Origin: Trichosphaerium sp. ATCC 40318
Taxonomy: Eukaryota > Protista > Tubulinea
NCBI GenBank assembly: GCA_038496445.1
Contig: JALMLS010000514.1
Location: forward strand, 186,001 to 250,000
Direction: 5' to 3'
DNA length: 64,000 nucleotides
Within the stretch, counting starts at the first letter, position 1, and each line of letters opens with the position of its first letter. The notes under the pieces were generated by a model. The model did not search any database. It was given only the letters and a program-made list of their open reading frames with translations, and was not told where the DNA came from. Both the position numbers and the translations under genes were made by a program. Shown in pieces: positions 39,501 through 52,600 of the stretch.

Positions 39501-41801
39501 GTAAAAATCAGTCAACTGGTTTTAGGTAAAAAGTCATCAGTAATGGCTTGTTAGCATAGTTGGTTATTGCGCCCGCCTAGTAAGCGGGAGGAAACTGATG
39601 TGACCTTGTTGCAACAATGTTTAGATTGTCAATCAGTACCTTTTACTTCTTCCATTTTACCCCTCATTTCCTCTACAGCTGCATTTGAATACGCTTCAGC
39701 GGCTTTCAATGCTTCTGTGAGAGAGGCATTGTCATTACCGGCTGCTTTAATCTCCGCAGTCAAATCCTCAACCTGCTTTGCAAGACCACTCGCTGTTTCC
39801 TTATGTCCTTCAGATAACTTTGCTGTATCCTCAAGAGCAGACAGCTTAGCAACAAGAGTTTGATTTTCAAGTGAAGCTTTAGTATTTGATTCTAATTCCA
39901 AGTGAGACAACGAGTTGTTTCGAGAGTAATGAAAACGCTAAAAAAAAACTAATGTTGCACCTGTTGCTGCTTCGAACTTTTTCTTTAGACCTTCAATTTC
40001 TGTATCACGATCTTCCGTATGCGCTTTTGACTCATCAAGCTGTTCAGAGAGCGAAGCTATTTTTTGTTTCAATACCAACTCTCCTTCGCTCAATTTTATC
40101 TCCAATGCATTAGCTTTGTCATTTGCTTCTTTGAGCGCTTGCTGACTAAAGTGAAGTTCTGTTTGAACACCAGATAACTCTCCAGTGAGCCTATCAACTT
40201 CCTTTGATGATTTGTCAGACACAGGCTCTCCTTTAGATGCATTGTCCTTATAATCATTGAATTCTTTCCGCAAACTGTCATAACTACTTTTTGCCTGAGC
40301 CAACTCGTCTTGCAACTTTTTAACCTCTTCTCCTGTAGTATCCGGTTGTTTTTGTTCTTGTTCAGGTTTGTTTTTAAGCGTAGTCTTGAGCTCTTCAAAA
40401 AGGTTTTGTTGCACACTCAACGCTTTTTCAAGTTCAGCTATTTTGCCTTCATTCTTTTTAAGTTTTTCTATTTCAGCATCTTTTTCCTGAAGTATAATTG
40501 CAGCATTCTTCAAATGACATAATTAATAAATACTTTTTATGTAATCTAGCACATACATCAACTTTCTCTTGAGCCATTTTAATATCTTCTTTACCCAATT
40601 CACGTTCTTCTAGAAGATCTAAAAAGTTTGTTACAAAATTTTTTCGATGCTGTTTTCGCGTCACAAAACAATGCGTACTTCGCTGTCTAGTTTGGAGCTC
40701 TTGGATTATTTCATCTTTTGTAGTAAGCTCAATTTGCTACATATCAAATGAGACCAGGGTTGCTTGCATTCAATGTATTTAAACCAAAAGAGAAAAGAAA
40801 AGAAATATTGAAAAGATTTATGTTTTGTTAACAATCGACGATTACTTACTTGACTGTCAATCTTGATCTTTTGTTGTTGCTTAGATGTCTGCACATTAGA
40901 GTTAGTTTTAACTTAACATGATGTAAAGAGAATTACCTCAAGATCTGAAATAGTTTCTTCTAGTTCTGAAATAATTGACAGCTGTTCCGATTGGTCACCT
41001 GACTGTAATCCTAGTTCACGTGATTTTAGAATAAAATTAAACAAAAATTATCATAAACTAGAAGGTTAATTTACTTACTCTGATATCTAGATTCTAATGA
41101 AGACATACGAAGCGCCACAGCATCCTAAAGAGTAAAAGAGTTAAAAAATATTTTTTCAGTTTTTATTTTTTTGTGCAGCAACACAAGCGTTAAAAATGTT
41201 ATAAATTAGTTTCACTGCATCACAAAGCTTTATCTACGCGTATGATGGTTGCTTTCGTCACCACCAAATACTAATCGGGAAGTGTAATTTCTAACTTGCC
41301 TTATCTTGCTCCATCTTTTTTACTTCGCCTACTAGTACGCGTTCTCTTGCATTAAACTTTTTGATCTTCATGTCGGCCGCAGTCACGAGTTGTTTCAGTT
41401 GTTTCGCATGAGCGTTTTGGCGTTTAATAAAGGCAACAAGTTGCTCTCGTGGAGCTTTAGCCAAGTCGATTTTACTCTAAATTGTAATTAATTCACTTTA
41501 TGCAACGTTGCTTTGTTGTACCTTATTCCCTGCCGATCTAGGCGATACTTGAGGCTTTCCAGCAGTGTTATCTTGCTTTGAGCCATCAGGGGAAGGAGCG
41601 GGTTCATTACCAGCCTACAATATGCGTATTAGCACTATTGGCGCCCTTACAACAAACTTCAAACCACCGCAAGTGACGAAAGTCATTTTTCGCTTCAACG
41701 CCAATTAAAATACGCACCTCTTCTGGATTACCTTTACCCAGTGCCCTATTTTCGCGAATATCACGAACACGTTGGCTAATACCTTTCCAAAAGTCTGCCA
41801 T
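33585..41801 (-). CDS. GRIP-domain golgin (long coiled coil, GCC2/GCC185-like)
   Basis: About 8 kb of E/K/Q-rich heptad exons. C-terminal GRIP domain ADMEYLKNVIINYM...LLPVISKILQFSPEE with the conserved Tyr. Confidence 0.88.
39334..39407 (-). tRNA. tRNA-Thr(AGT), inside golgin intron 39242-39639
   Basis: GGCTTGT/ATAAGCC acceptor stem, A box TAGCATAGTTGG, anticodon arm CCCGC-CTAGTAA-GCGGG, T arm CTGGG-TTCGACT-CCCAG, followed by a T-run terminator. Confidence 0.95.
39361..39591. repeat. Perfect 69-bp inverted repeat (39361-39429 / 39523-39591), 93-bp spacer; right arm is a B-box-less partial tRNA-Thr copy
   Basis: Base-by-base reverse-complement identity checked by eye. Confidence 0.95.
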
Positions 41802-42034
41802 TACGAATACGTTTCTATAGCTTACACGTCATAAGGGCTAATCACCTCAGCGTCATGCGGATCATATTGTTTACACCTTTTGACTTTTTTAACGACCGTT
41901 TCAGATGGTGACACGTACCTTTGATCACTACTGCCTAACAATGTTACTGGGCGCCTGCAAAACGAAAAAGAAAAATTATCGCTTTGCATTAAACTTAACG
42001 TCTTATTTTTCATTTTCAACCTAATCGCTTCAAA

Positions 42035-43556
42035 ATGACACTGCAGTGGAGAGATTATTACGCCATATTGGCTGTAGAAGTAACGGCGCAAGGCCCAGCG
42101 CTTAAAAAATCGTACCGTAAACTAGCTCTAAAATACCACCCAGATAGGAACATAGGTACGACAAGGTCTCTTTTGGGCACAACAAATACCCAAAAATGAC
42201 CCAACGCAATAATTTCTACTATTTCACTTTCCTCACGCGTTGTAATATTTTCTACCAGTACTTCAGGTGAAGGAAAGGAAGAAGCCGCCGAGCAGTTCAA
42301 ATTAATCGCTGAAGCGTATGAAGTCCTTAGTGATGAAACTAAACGCAAGAAATACGATGCTACGTACTATCAACACAAGCAAGGTCGGCAAAGCGCGCCA
42401 CCTCCAAGTGCTCCTCAGTATCAACCACAACAACGTAGCTATGCGCCGCCGCCACAATATGGCTGGCAGTACAACCCAAGGAACCCAAGAGATGTTTTTA
42501 CAGACTTTTTTTCAAATGACACAGCTAGAGGTTACTCTCGCACATCTGCTCCTGGAAGCGGTTATCCTCCTGGATGGCCAGCAGGGTCATTTGAGCTTAA
42601 ACCGTATCATAAAACTGACAAGTTTTTTGTTTTTGTAATTTCCTCGTTTTCTTCGATTTAATGACATCTCCTTAACGATACAGTTCCCCACCAATTCACC
42701 AAAATCTTGTTTGCACTCTTGAGGTACGTTTAGACGAAAAACCAACAAGTTGACTTTCGTAACAGAGTCATAATAAATTTATTTTGTTTTTTTGAACTTT
42801 TGTTTTAAATCTATGATCCAGGAGCTATACACTGGCACACAACGTACCATACGTATTAGAAAACAAACTATAGATTACATAAGTGGAAAATCGGAGATGG
42901 TAGAGCACTACCGCACCATAGTCGTACGCAGTTTTTAAACAATCAAAATGTTTTTTACACATGTTCTTTTTTACCTCTTTCGCGTTTCGCTTAGCTTATT
43001 TTATATTAGATTAAACCAGGTTGGAAAGAAGGAACTAACATTACTTTTCCTGGAGAAGGTGATGAACAACCAGGGTATAAACCTGCTGACTTGGTATTCA
43101 CAATTGTTGAACAAGAACACCCATTTTACATTCGTGAGGTACACTCTTCTTTCTTCGTTATTCGACGTAAAACAAACCGTTTATTCTGTTTAGGGAAATG
43201 ACTTGATATGGACTGCACAAATAAATCTTGAGCAAGCACTAACAGGTTGTATTTGTGAAGTTTCTACGCTTGATAATAGAAAATTAATGATAGAACTAAA
43301 AGATGTATGTGACATTCTTGTTTTTTTCAAAATGTCTTTTTTGACACTTTGATGAAATTCGCTTTTATTCATATTTCTGATTTAGGTTACGAATCCTGGA
43401 CATACACATATTGTCGATGGTGAAGGTTTCCCAAGTTCAAAGCCACCTAATCGTAAAGGAGACTTAATCATTAAGTTTGATGTTCTTTTCCCAAAAGCAC
43501 TTACAGGTGATCAAAGAACAAAGATTAAGGATGTACTTAGTTATTGCGAATACTAA
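42035..43556 (+). CDS. Class II DnaJ/Hsp40 (DNAJB-like)
   Basis: RDYYAIL...[17 protein letters not shown]-domain, G/P/Y-rich linker, and C-terminal domain with [22 protein letters not shown] and [13 protein letters not shown]. Confidence 0.92.
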
Positions 43557-44174
43557 ACAGGTGTCTCTATACAATATTCATTATAAACAAAAATGATACT
43601 AAACAAACAGCCTATGTTTATTAAACGCTTGGACTGACCATCTAAATATTGTTACCAAAAAATCACGTGACATGTGATAATGTTAGAATTCCGCTAGGAA
43701 AAAGATTGTAGGGATGACCATGAAGTGAGAAATATCTTGACAATGAAGTATTTATCACGATGTCACTAGATTAGCATTTTCCAACTTTATCGGAAATTTG
43801 TACAAGTAGGGACTCACGTTATCGATAATGTGAACTGCGATGTTGCTTTTTTGTACCGCGGAACTTCTGTCTGACGTCACTAATAGACAACTTTGCTTGC
43901 GTACTTTGCTGCACTATTAGGCTGTTGTTTTGGTGCCGTGCAGTTGCTTTCGTCCGTATACTATTTCGGGTTTACGCTATTTTGGTAGTTCCGGGCAATG
44001 TCTCTACGCTAGCAATGCTTCGGTACTTACTGGATGGAATGGTGTTTGTTTATACACTAGCGCAACTGTACTCTTCCTAAAATAGTATTATCTTTGGCCA
44101 AATCTAGAATGAGACCAAAACTAAAAACTCACAACACAAACCACAACAACTCACTAAAAAACACGTACACAAAA

Positions 44175-46306
44175 ATGCAATACACTCACCTACTCGCACT
44201 AGTATGCGTAGTAGCACTTTACATTAGCTTTGCTTCTGCTCACAGTTTCATGTGTGTACCACGTCCTTTCACTGGCTTTGACGGTGGTTGCCGACACGAC
44301 AGAAATGGTAACAACCTTATTTGCCCTGGACCTTGTGAAGATTGGACCCAAGGTCGCGGAGGACCACAACAGAGGTTCACAAAAGCAAACGTACCTTTCG
44401 GTGCAACATACAGGCGTGGACAGAGAGTTACATTCGAATGGGCGTACGTAGATTGCGCTTTTGTAAAGCCTGTTTGGAAAGTTTCCTTTATCGCGCTACT
44501 AACGCTAGTTTAGTAAAAACAACCATAAAGCCGGTTTTACACGTTTAGCTATCTCACCATGGAAACATCAATACAACAAGCCAGAATTCGAGAAATTCGC
44601 TTTCGCTTACGTCTGCTGGTAAACAATAATCCCCAAGCATATTTCTAAGTACATGTAGGGACGGTCAAGCACAACCAAGTTACCGCAATGACCCTCGCGG
44701 CAAGAAACAATGCGGTGACAGTGGAGATGGCAAATACATCACGTACACTACAACAATCCCGGATTGCGTACCAGATGGTGAATACATTCTCGGTTGGGCT
44801 TGGTTCGGTGGCGCTAACTTGGGTGATTACTACTCTTGCTCCAAGATCGTTATTTCAGGTGGTAACACTTTAAAGGCCAGCTGTCCTGTATTGTGTAAGG
44901 AATGTGATTCTACAACTCATGAACTCGGTGTTTGTGCCAAAGAGGGTTGCAGCAGACACTCACGCAACTTCTTTGGAAATAACAAAAAGACACCCAATAG
45001 TTGTAATTCCAACACCCGTCTACTCAGCGAACAATATGGCGCTACTGGTTCTACAGGCGGTAACAGCAATGGTGGTAACAACAACGGCGGTAATAACAAC
45101 GGAAACAACAACGGTGGAAGCAACAATGGCGGAAACAACGGCGGAAACAACAACTCCGGAAACAACAATGGTGGAAACAACGGTGGAAACAACAATGGCG
45201 GTAACAATGGCGGCAATAATGGCGGTAATGGAAACATTCCTACATTAAAAGCCCCAGGTGTTGTTGGAGTACAATACTTCAGCTCCTTTGAAGATAGAAG
45301 CCAAGGAAATGCAGGTACACTTTACTATATTTTAGTCTTTTTTTCTTCATTTTGACTTTCACTTTGTTTTTTACTTACTTCTACGAATACAGGCGGTGAT
45401 ACATGTGCTCCAAAGAATGGAGGTTCCAAAATGGCTGATTTGCAATCAAACAACGGTGTATGTAACCTTGGATGGATCCAAGAAGGCGAATGGGTCATGT
45501 ATGATATTGACTTTCAAGCTGGTTCGTACAATGTTGAATTTGAAGTTGCATCTGCAAGAGCTGGTACACATGCCTTCGAAACAAGAGTAGAAGGTGGCGG
45601 GACAACTCAATTCTCATTCGGAGCAACTGGAGGTACATAGCCTTTGTTTTTCTTTTGTTTTTAACTTGGCTTATTTAAACTTGTCGTATTTGGTTCTTAC
45701 GATTGATACATAGGTTGGCAAAGTTACACAACTATCAGAGAGTTCATTGGATCTGTTGGAGGTGGGCGTAAAGAATTCACAATTGAAATGAAGTCAGATG
45801 ATTTCAACATTCGCAGTTTCAGGTTCATCAAAACTGAAAGCAATGGTGGTAACAACGGCGGCAACAACAATGGCGGCAACAACCGTGGAAACAATGGCGG
45901 TAACAACAGGGATAACAACAGAAACAACAACAACTGTCCAGGCAAACGTGATCTGTAAGTTTTTTTTTATTGAACTCTTTTGTTTGTTTTTTTTTTGCTT
46001 ATTTTATGCCCTAGTGAATCACAAAGCAAGGCTTTGATTCTCAAAGAACCAACAGAAATGATCAGAGGTTCTAAATACGTTATGCCTGTCCGATACTTTG
46101 CTGCTGAAGATAGCGTTGTTCAAGTCTTAATGTGGAACAACATGAAGCCAATCTCAACTGGTTATGCTCTTGTTGAAGCAGGCGAGAATGTTACAAATGT
46201 AACAGTATCTGTGCCTACACACGCTCAAAGTGGTAACTACTTCTTGACAACACATGTACAAGCTCAATCTGATGTCACTCAGAGCAGCTTTGTCAAAGTA
46301 AACTAA
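44175..46306 (+). CDS. Secreted LPMO-like (histidine-brace) protein + Asn/Gly linkers + CBM6-like module + C-terminal beta domain
   Basis: Signal peptide ending ASA followed by His (HSFM). WAKNNH second His. IPDCVPDGEYILGWAW...DYYSC. CBM6-like LGWIQEGEWVMYDI...VAS...TGGWQSY...FNI. Confidence 0.75.
45058..45235 (+). repeat. Low-complexity (GGN2-4)n coding repeat (linker); second tract about 45840-45935
   Basis: Tandem aac/ggc codons encoding NGGNNNGG. Confidence 0.9.
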
Positions 46307-46691
46307 ACCCAATAAATAAAACACTTGATCTACGCCATAACATACCATGAGTGCTGCGTTTATGAGTTTAGAGCAAATTTATTGTCACAGCTTGTTTTCA
46401 CAAGTAATTTTAACCCGTTTTTAAATATAAAAGCCGACCGTTTTCATGAGTTTACACTTGTTGAAATCTAATTAATAATCCATAGAACAGCTTGAAGAAT
46501 TCTGAAGCAGAAAAACTTTCCATATGGAGTTAAGCGCCCGTTTTTAAGTTAAATACAAAGTCACAAACAGCAAAGCCATAGTAATATACATACAACAATG
46601 TTACAGATGAGTTCTCTATAATGATGTTTTTTTTATTTATTGTTACACTGAAATTTTTTGGCTATTTTTTTTTGGGTATTAAAATCTACAC

Positions 46692-49600
46692 CTATGATGC
46701 AGCTGCTGAGAAAAAATTTGTTTCCTTTGATTTTTTATGTTTTCGTCTTCCGCAATCAGAACTCATTTTGTACTTAAAGAACTTTAGAGATGAAAAATCG
46801 CTTCCAAAAATATCATCTGAATTCTCAATATATTCTTCTTCTTTTCCTTCAACAATATTCGGACTATTCCTACCAACTCCAATAAGATTAGGTGTTCTCA
46901 TTGATGTCTGACCAAGAACGCCTATTCAACATAAGTTCAACTTTAAAGTAAGAGGCAACAGAAACAACGAAAACAAAAGAACAATGTTTCCGAAATAACA
47001 AAATTTTAAAGGGAGAGAAAAAAAAACTTCGCTAGCTGCTGGCAGGATGGAAAATAGTAAACTCCCAGCTTTTATACCATCAATTAACCGTTAGATAATG
47101 GGATTTTTAAAATGTTTGAATAAAATCCAGTACATACCATGTGGAAAATCTTGAGACGGATCATGTTCGTATTTCAACTTGAAATTTATATGACATGTTG
47201 AATGCTTACTAGAAGAGAATCTCAGTATGATAGTATACCCATGCGCCCGTATTATTGTCTTTTTATTCTTTAGATCAGTCCTAGAACATTATAATCACGT
47301 GATAGGTTCTTGTTAAGTCAGTAAAAATAAGACTTACTGTCTAAGTGACAATGCTCCAATTTCATAACTTTCTTTTGGTTTGACATGTGTCCCGTTCACT
47401 GTCACTATTGTCTTCCCTTTAGATCTGTCGCATTTGAATAATACTCTGGCTTCAGTATGCAATCCATTACATACTCTGATACCTAATGTACCCATGTATG
47501 TCTTTGTTTTTTTTGGACGTAAATCAGCATCAAGAAAAAGACTGTTCATCTGAAACCACGTGTCTGAAACCAAACTTTTTAGAAAAAACCAGGTTAGTTT
47601 TGAGCTCTCAGTGTATTTAGGTCTACTCAAACGTACTTGTATATATTATTTGCAGTTCCATGAAAATCGAACCTATGATTACATTAGTTTACAATGTAAC
47701 GAGTTTAATGGCTGTTACCGTTGACCCAAAAGACCTAAGAAAATAATGTTAACATGTTGATTATTATTTTTTTTTTTTTTTTGCTAGTACCTATAAAGTG
47801 AGGATCCCCTGATCCACTGGATGATATAGTGAACAAAAATACAATATTCATTATGTCGCCTGGAGTTCCACTTCCATTTGGTAATGCATACGGTATAACC
47901 GAAACATTAAAAGACCCTAAATATTACTGTTAGAAATGTGAACTTTAGGCCAAACTTTAAAAAAAGGAGAATGGCTATCTTCATTATACTGATTTTTCCT
48001 CAAGTATACATATTCTAAACACGTACCAGGTGCTACAGGGATTATACTGCTATCAAAATCAGGTCCGTTGGAAATGCTGAATAGTGGTAAGGATCAGAAA
48101 ATTACATCAAGTTTGATTTGTTTTGTTTTTTTGTAATCGTACATTGTAATTCCGTTGATTGTTATCTGGACTGATTGTGTTGTATTGGAACCAATAATGC
48201 GTATAATCACATCTGGTGTTGATAATGTAGTAACATCTATAGATAACCCATCATTCAATTCAATAAGAGTAACATTATCAGTAGGATCGATGAGAACCAA
48301 CTGGTTAACTGCAGGTTGCTACAAGAAAAAATTAGGAAACAAAACAGGCTGGTTCTTTAGTTTGTACGATTGAAGAGTCTGATGGTACTGCTGGTACTAG
48401 TATTGTTGATGGAACACGAACAGTAGACGGTGTTGAGATTGTTGCTGGTGTAACAATCGTAGCTGGAGTGTTGATGGTCGATGGCGATGTAATCGTTGCA
48501 GGTGTCACTACTGTTGCTGGTGTTCGGATTGTTGAAGGTACTGTAATCGTTGCTGGCGAAACTATTGTCGCTGGACTGTTGATGGTCGACGGCGATGTAA
48601 TCGTTGCAGGTGTCACTACTGTTGCTGGTGTACGTATCGTTGAAGGCGTCGAGATTGTTGCCGGCGTAACTAGTGTAGCTGGACTGTTTATAGTTGAAGG
48701 GACTGTAACAGTCGCTGGTGTTACTACAGTAGCGGGTGCACGTATTGTTGAAGGTGTGGATATAGTTGCTGGAGTAACTAACGTTGCTGGACTGTTGATT
48801 GTGGATGGCGACGAGATCGTTGCAGGCGTAACAATCGTTGCTGGACTGTTGATTGTGGATGGCGATGAAATCGTTGCGGGTGTTACTACAGTTGCTGGTG
48901 TACGGATTGTTGAAGGTGTTGAGATGGTTGCAGGTGTTACTAATGTTGCAGGGCTGTTAATTGTTGATGGAACTGTAACTGTTGCTGGAGTGATTACTGT
49001 TGATGGAGCATTTATTGTTGATGGAGTAAGTATCGTTCCAGGAGTCGTGATCGTTGCTGGTGTTACAATAGTCGCAGGACTCTGCACTGTTGCGGGTGTT
49101 CTGATAGTTGACGGCGTCAACAGTGTTGCTGGCGTGCGGAATGTTGAAGGTACTGTAATCGTTGCTGGTGAAACTATTGTCGCTGGACTGTTGATGGTCG
49201 ACGGCGATGTAATCGTTGCAGGTGTCACTACTGTTGCTGGTGTACGTATCGTCGAAGGAGTCGAGATTGTTGCTGGTGTAACTAACGTCGCTGGACTGTT
49301 TATAGTTGAAGGGACTGTGACAGTCGCTGGTGTTACCACAGTAGCTGGTGTTTGTATTGTTGATGGAGTACGGATCGTTCCAGGTGTTGTGATTGTTGAT
49401 GGCATAGACACTGTAGCAGGTGTTACTACCGTAGCAGGTGCACGTATTGTTGAAGGTGTGGATATAGTTGCAGGTGTTACAAGTGTTGCTGGACTGTTTA
49501 TCGTTGATGGGATTGTAACTGTTGCTGGAGTGATAACTGTTGATGGAGCATTTATTGTAGATGGAGTACGGACCGTTCCAGGTGTTGTGATTGTTGATGG

Positions 49601-52600
49601 CATAGACACTGTAGCAGGTGTTACTACCGTAGCAGGTGTACGTATTGTTGAAGGTGTGGATATGGTTGCTGGCGTCACCAATGTCGCTGGACTGTTGATA
49701 GTTGATGGAACTGTAACTGTTGCTGGAGTGATTACTGTTGATGGAGCATTTATTGTTGATGGAGTACGGATCGTTCCAGGTGTTGTGATCGTTGATGGTG
49801 TTATGGTTGTTGATGGTGCGTTAATGGTTGATGGAGTATTTACAGTTCCAGGTGTTATTAGTGTAGATGGCGTTAGTACTGTGCCTGGTGTGTTTATAGT
49901 TGATGGTGTTGTTATCGTCGCAGGTGATTCTATTGTTGATGGTGTACTAATGGTAGCAGGGGAGAATATCGGAGATAATGTTGGTGGAGTTGTTGTAGGT
50001 GGTCCTTGTACTGTTATCAATATACCTAGTTCGTCTCCCATTGTAGATAATGAAGCATTGAAAGGATAGTTTGTAATGAGTGTACCAGACATTGCAATAA
50101 TTCCAGAAGTTCTTAACAAAAAAACAGTTAGATGTTGTCACAGCTTGGTTTTGTTTGTTATGAAGAAGTAAAGCGTTGAGGGGTAGTGTATAAAAACGTA
50201 CTCGAATAGAGGTATAAAAGTAGTTGTAGCTGGTTCAGTGAGTACTGAAAATTGTGCGTTTATGGTACCTTAAGAATATGTTAAGCTGAAATTTTTTGCT
50301 TGTTGTTTTCTTACCTGCTAGTACCAAGTTTCCTCCGACTAGTATTCTACCACTAGATACTGGACTTATAGAGGATACTATGAATCTAGATAAACCGTTT
50401 GCATCCTTGCATGTTACGTCAGTGGCCGAATAAATAAATGACTTGAAAAAAATTATTACTTGGCTAAAGTTTCCCATCACCATGAACTCTCTGTCTCCTA
50501 CATCAAACTCACCAGCATTGGCAACGTCTGCGTTTATAAAACCCTCGCCTTAAAACGTTAGAAGCAAGTTTTATCAGCACTAACTTACCTCTAACGATGC
50601 ATGTTTCAAGGTTCTGAAGTTGTACTGCGTTCAAAATACCTCCTTAAAAAAAAAAGAATCGTCAACTTAATTGAGTTTCATGCTCACGTGCACACATACC
50701 ATTCATTAAAAGAGTACATACACCAGTTTGTTGGAGAAAAATTCCTGTAGTAAACATGGTAGTGATTGTCCATTGACCAGTATTTAAGAAAATATCATCG
50801 ATGTCATTTCTTTAAAATTGATTAGTAAGTTTAGTTCGTTAGAAAAACTATCTGTACTCACCCAAACACAGCATTATCAACTGTGGTAAGTGCGTTATGT
50901 CTGATAGTGGAATCAGTCATCGTGACTGTTATGCCATTACCTTTATGGTTGTAAGAGGTGAGGTTTAATTTCGGTTACATGGGAAGACGTACTAACTAAA
51001 AAAGAGGTTGTTATTGTTATTGTGCTTGAAGTCATTGTAAAATCGCCGTTGAATCCACCAGTAACAAAAGTCAATTCAGAGTCTTGTACTTGTCCTCCAG
51101 AAATAACACCAATCACTTGTGCTGTGAATATAGCATCGTTTATGATACCTAATAAAAATCGATAAACAAGGTATGTTGAAACAAATAAATAAAAAAATCA
51201 AAGGAAATCTTGGTTGTACCGTCAAGCAATGCGAAATTAGGGAACGACGATATTGGAGTTTGTATAATTTCGGCTTGTGGCCCGTTTATTTGTATAGAAG
51301 CTATATCACCCGAGATCATCTAACGTTTAAAATGTAAACACAAGAAAAAACAAACATGTGAATTTGAATAAAAAAAATTGTCAAAAAGACCAGCACATAC
51401 CGTGTTGAAACTGAAAGTTCCTGAAGTTACTACAAGGCGGCTAGTCGAATCTGACGTCAAAGAAAGTTGTATATCAACTATTATTACTCCTGGAGGATAC
51501 TTTATACATAACGAGAGTGAGCAACAAATAATGGAGTTTTTTCTTGGATTTGTCAAAAAAAAAAACTAGTACGTTTAATTCTAATTCAGAATTCTCAATT
51601 AAGGAAATCCCTACGACGTTTGTTTGTCCCAAGATTGTTACGCTTAATATTGGGTAAATAAAATACAGGATCATAATAGAAGATAGCACAAGTAGTACCT
51701 TGAATCTCTAAAAGTATGTACTCCAATTATATTTTGTATGATCATATCACCAATACTTATTACTGTCGAGCTCATTGAAGCCTCATAATTGTTGACTGCT
51801 ACTAGCCCAGGAGCGCTTCTACCTATATGGAATAAAGTAAGCATTCATAATGACATGAAAAAGGCGTACGCAATGTGAACTGGTTACCAGAAATACTTGG
51901 TAAGTCTGTAGCATCAAAGATAGCATTGACAAGAACGTCAGCATTGACGAATGTAAAGTCAAGTGTAACATTTGATAATGTCACCTGCGTCGTGATATCA
52001 GTGAATATTGCATTAGATATAACAGAGCCTTAAAAACAATCGTTAGAATCGTCAAAGTTTCCGTAAAAAAAAAAAACAAAAAGAAGTACTAACCGCCTCC
52101 TGATATCAACCCAGCGTTTATTTGCCAATCTGTGTTACTTACACCATTTGAAAGGCGTACGAATGACCCAGGTGATACTAAAATAGAAGAACCATTCCTA
52201 AAGTGATATATTAGCTGTAGAACAAACACGTGACCACGTGGGTTGCTCATTTTTTTTGTCAACTATCTGAAATATTTTAATTTCTTTACGTACGAAAATA
52301 AGGAAGGACATGAAGCGTTTGAAGTACTCACATAATCTATGCCACCTTCAAATACTTCAACTATGCCATCTATTTGTATTTGGAGATTTTGGGAAGTATC
52401 TAAAAGTGTGAATTCTGTCCTCCCTGGTCCAGTTTTGTTTAAACGTGTGCGAAACCTGAGCAATGCCTTTTTGTGTTTATTAATATCCACGTGAAAAATT
52501 ATAAGATTTTGACAACGCACTTTATTGTCTAAAATGCTTGAGGCAATACCTACAGTCCTTACTCCCGCTACACCGACAACTACAAATGGAATTTAGGCAA

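Noticed and set aside
39545-39591. Second functional tRNA-Thr on the plus strand, or a split/permuted tRNA half
   Set aside because: It lacks the T arm/B box and the 3' acceptor strand, and no separate matching 3' half was found in the window.
44917-45237. Pro/Leu-rich minus-strand ORF (also 45724-45945)
   Set aside because: Reverse complement of the Asn/Gly linker codons.
48468-50069. 533-aa antisense ORF of IVAGVT-like repeats
   Set aside because: It is a shadow of the minus-strand repeat. In this frame offset stops arise only opposite Tyr or some His/Gln codons, which the T/P/S/A/I/V repeat almost lacks. Splice signals and flanking domains support the minus strand.
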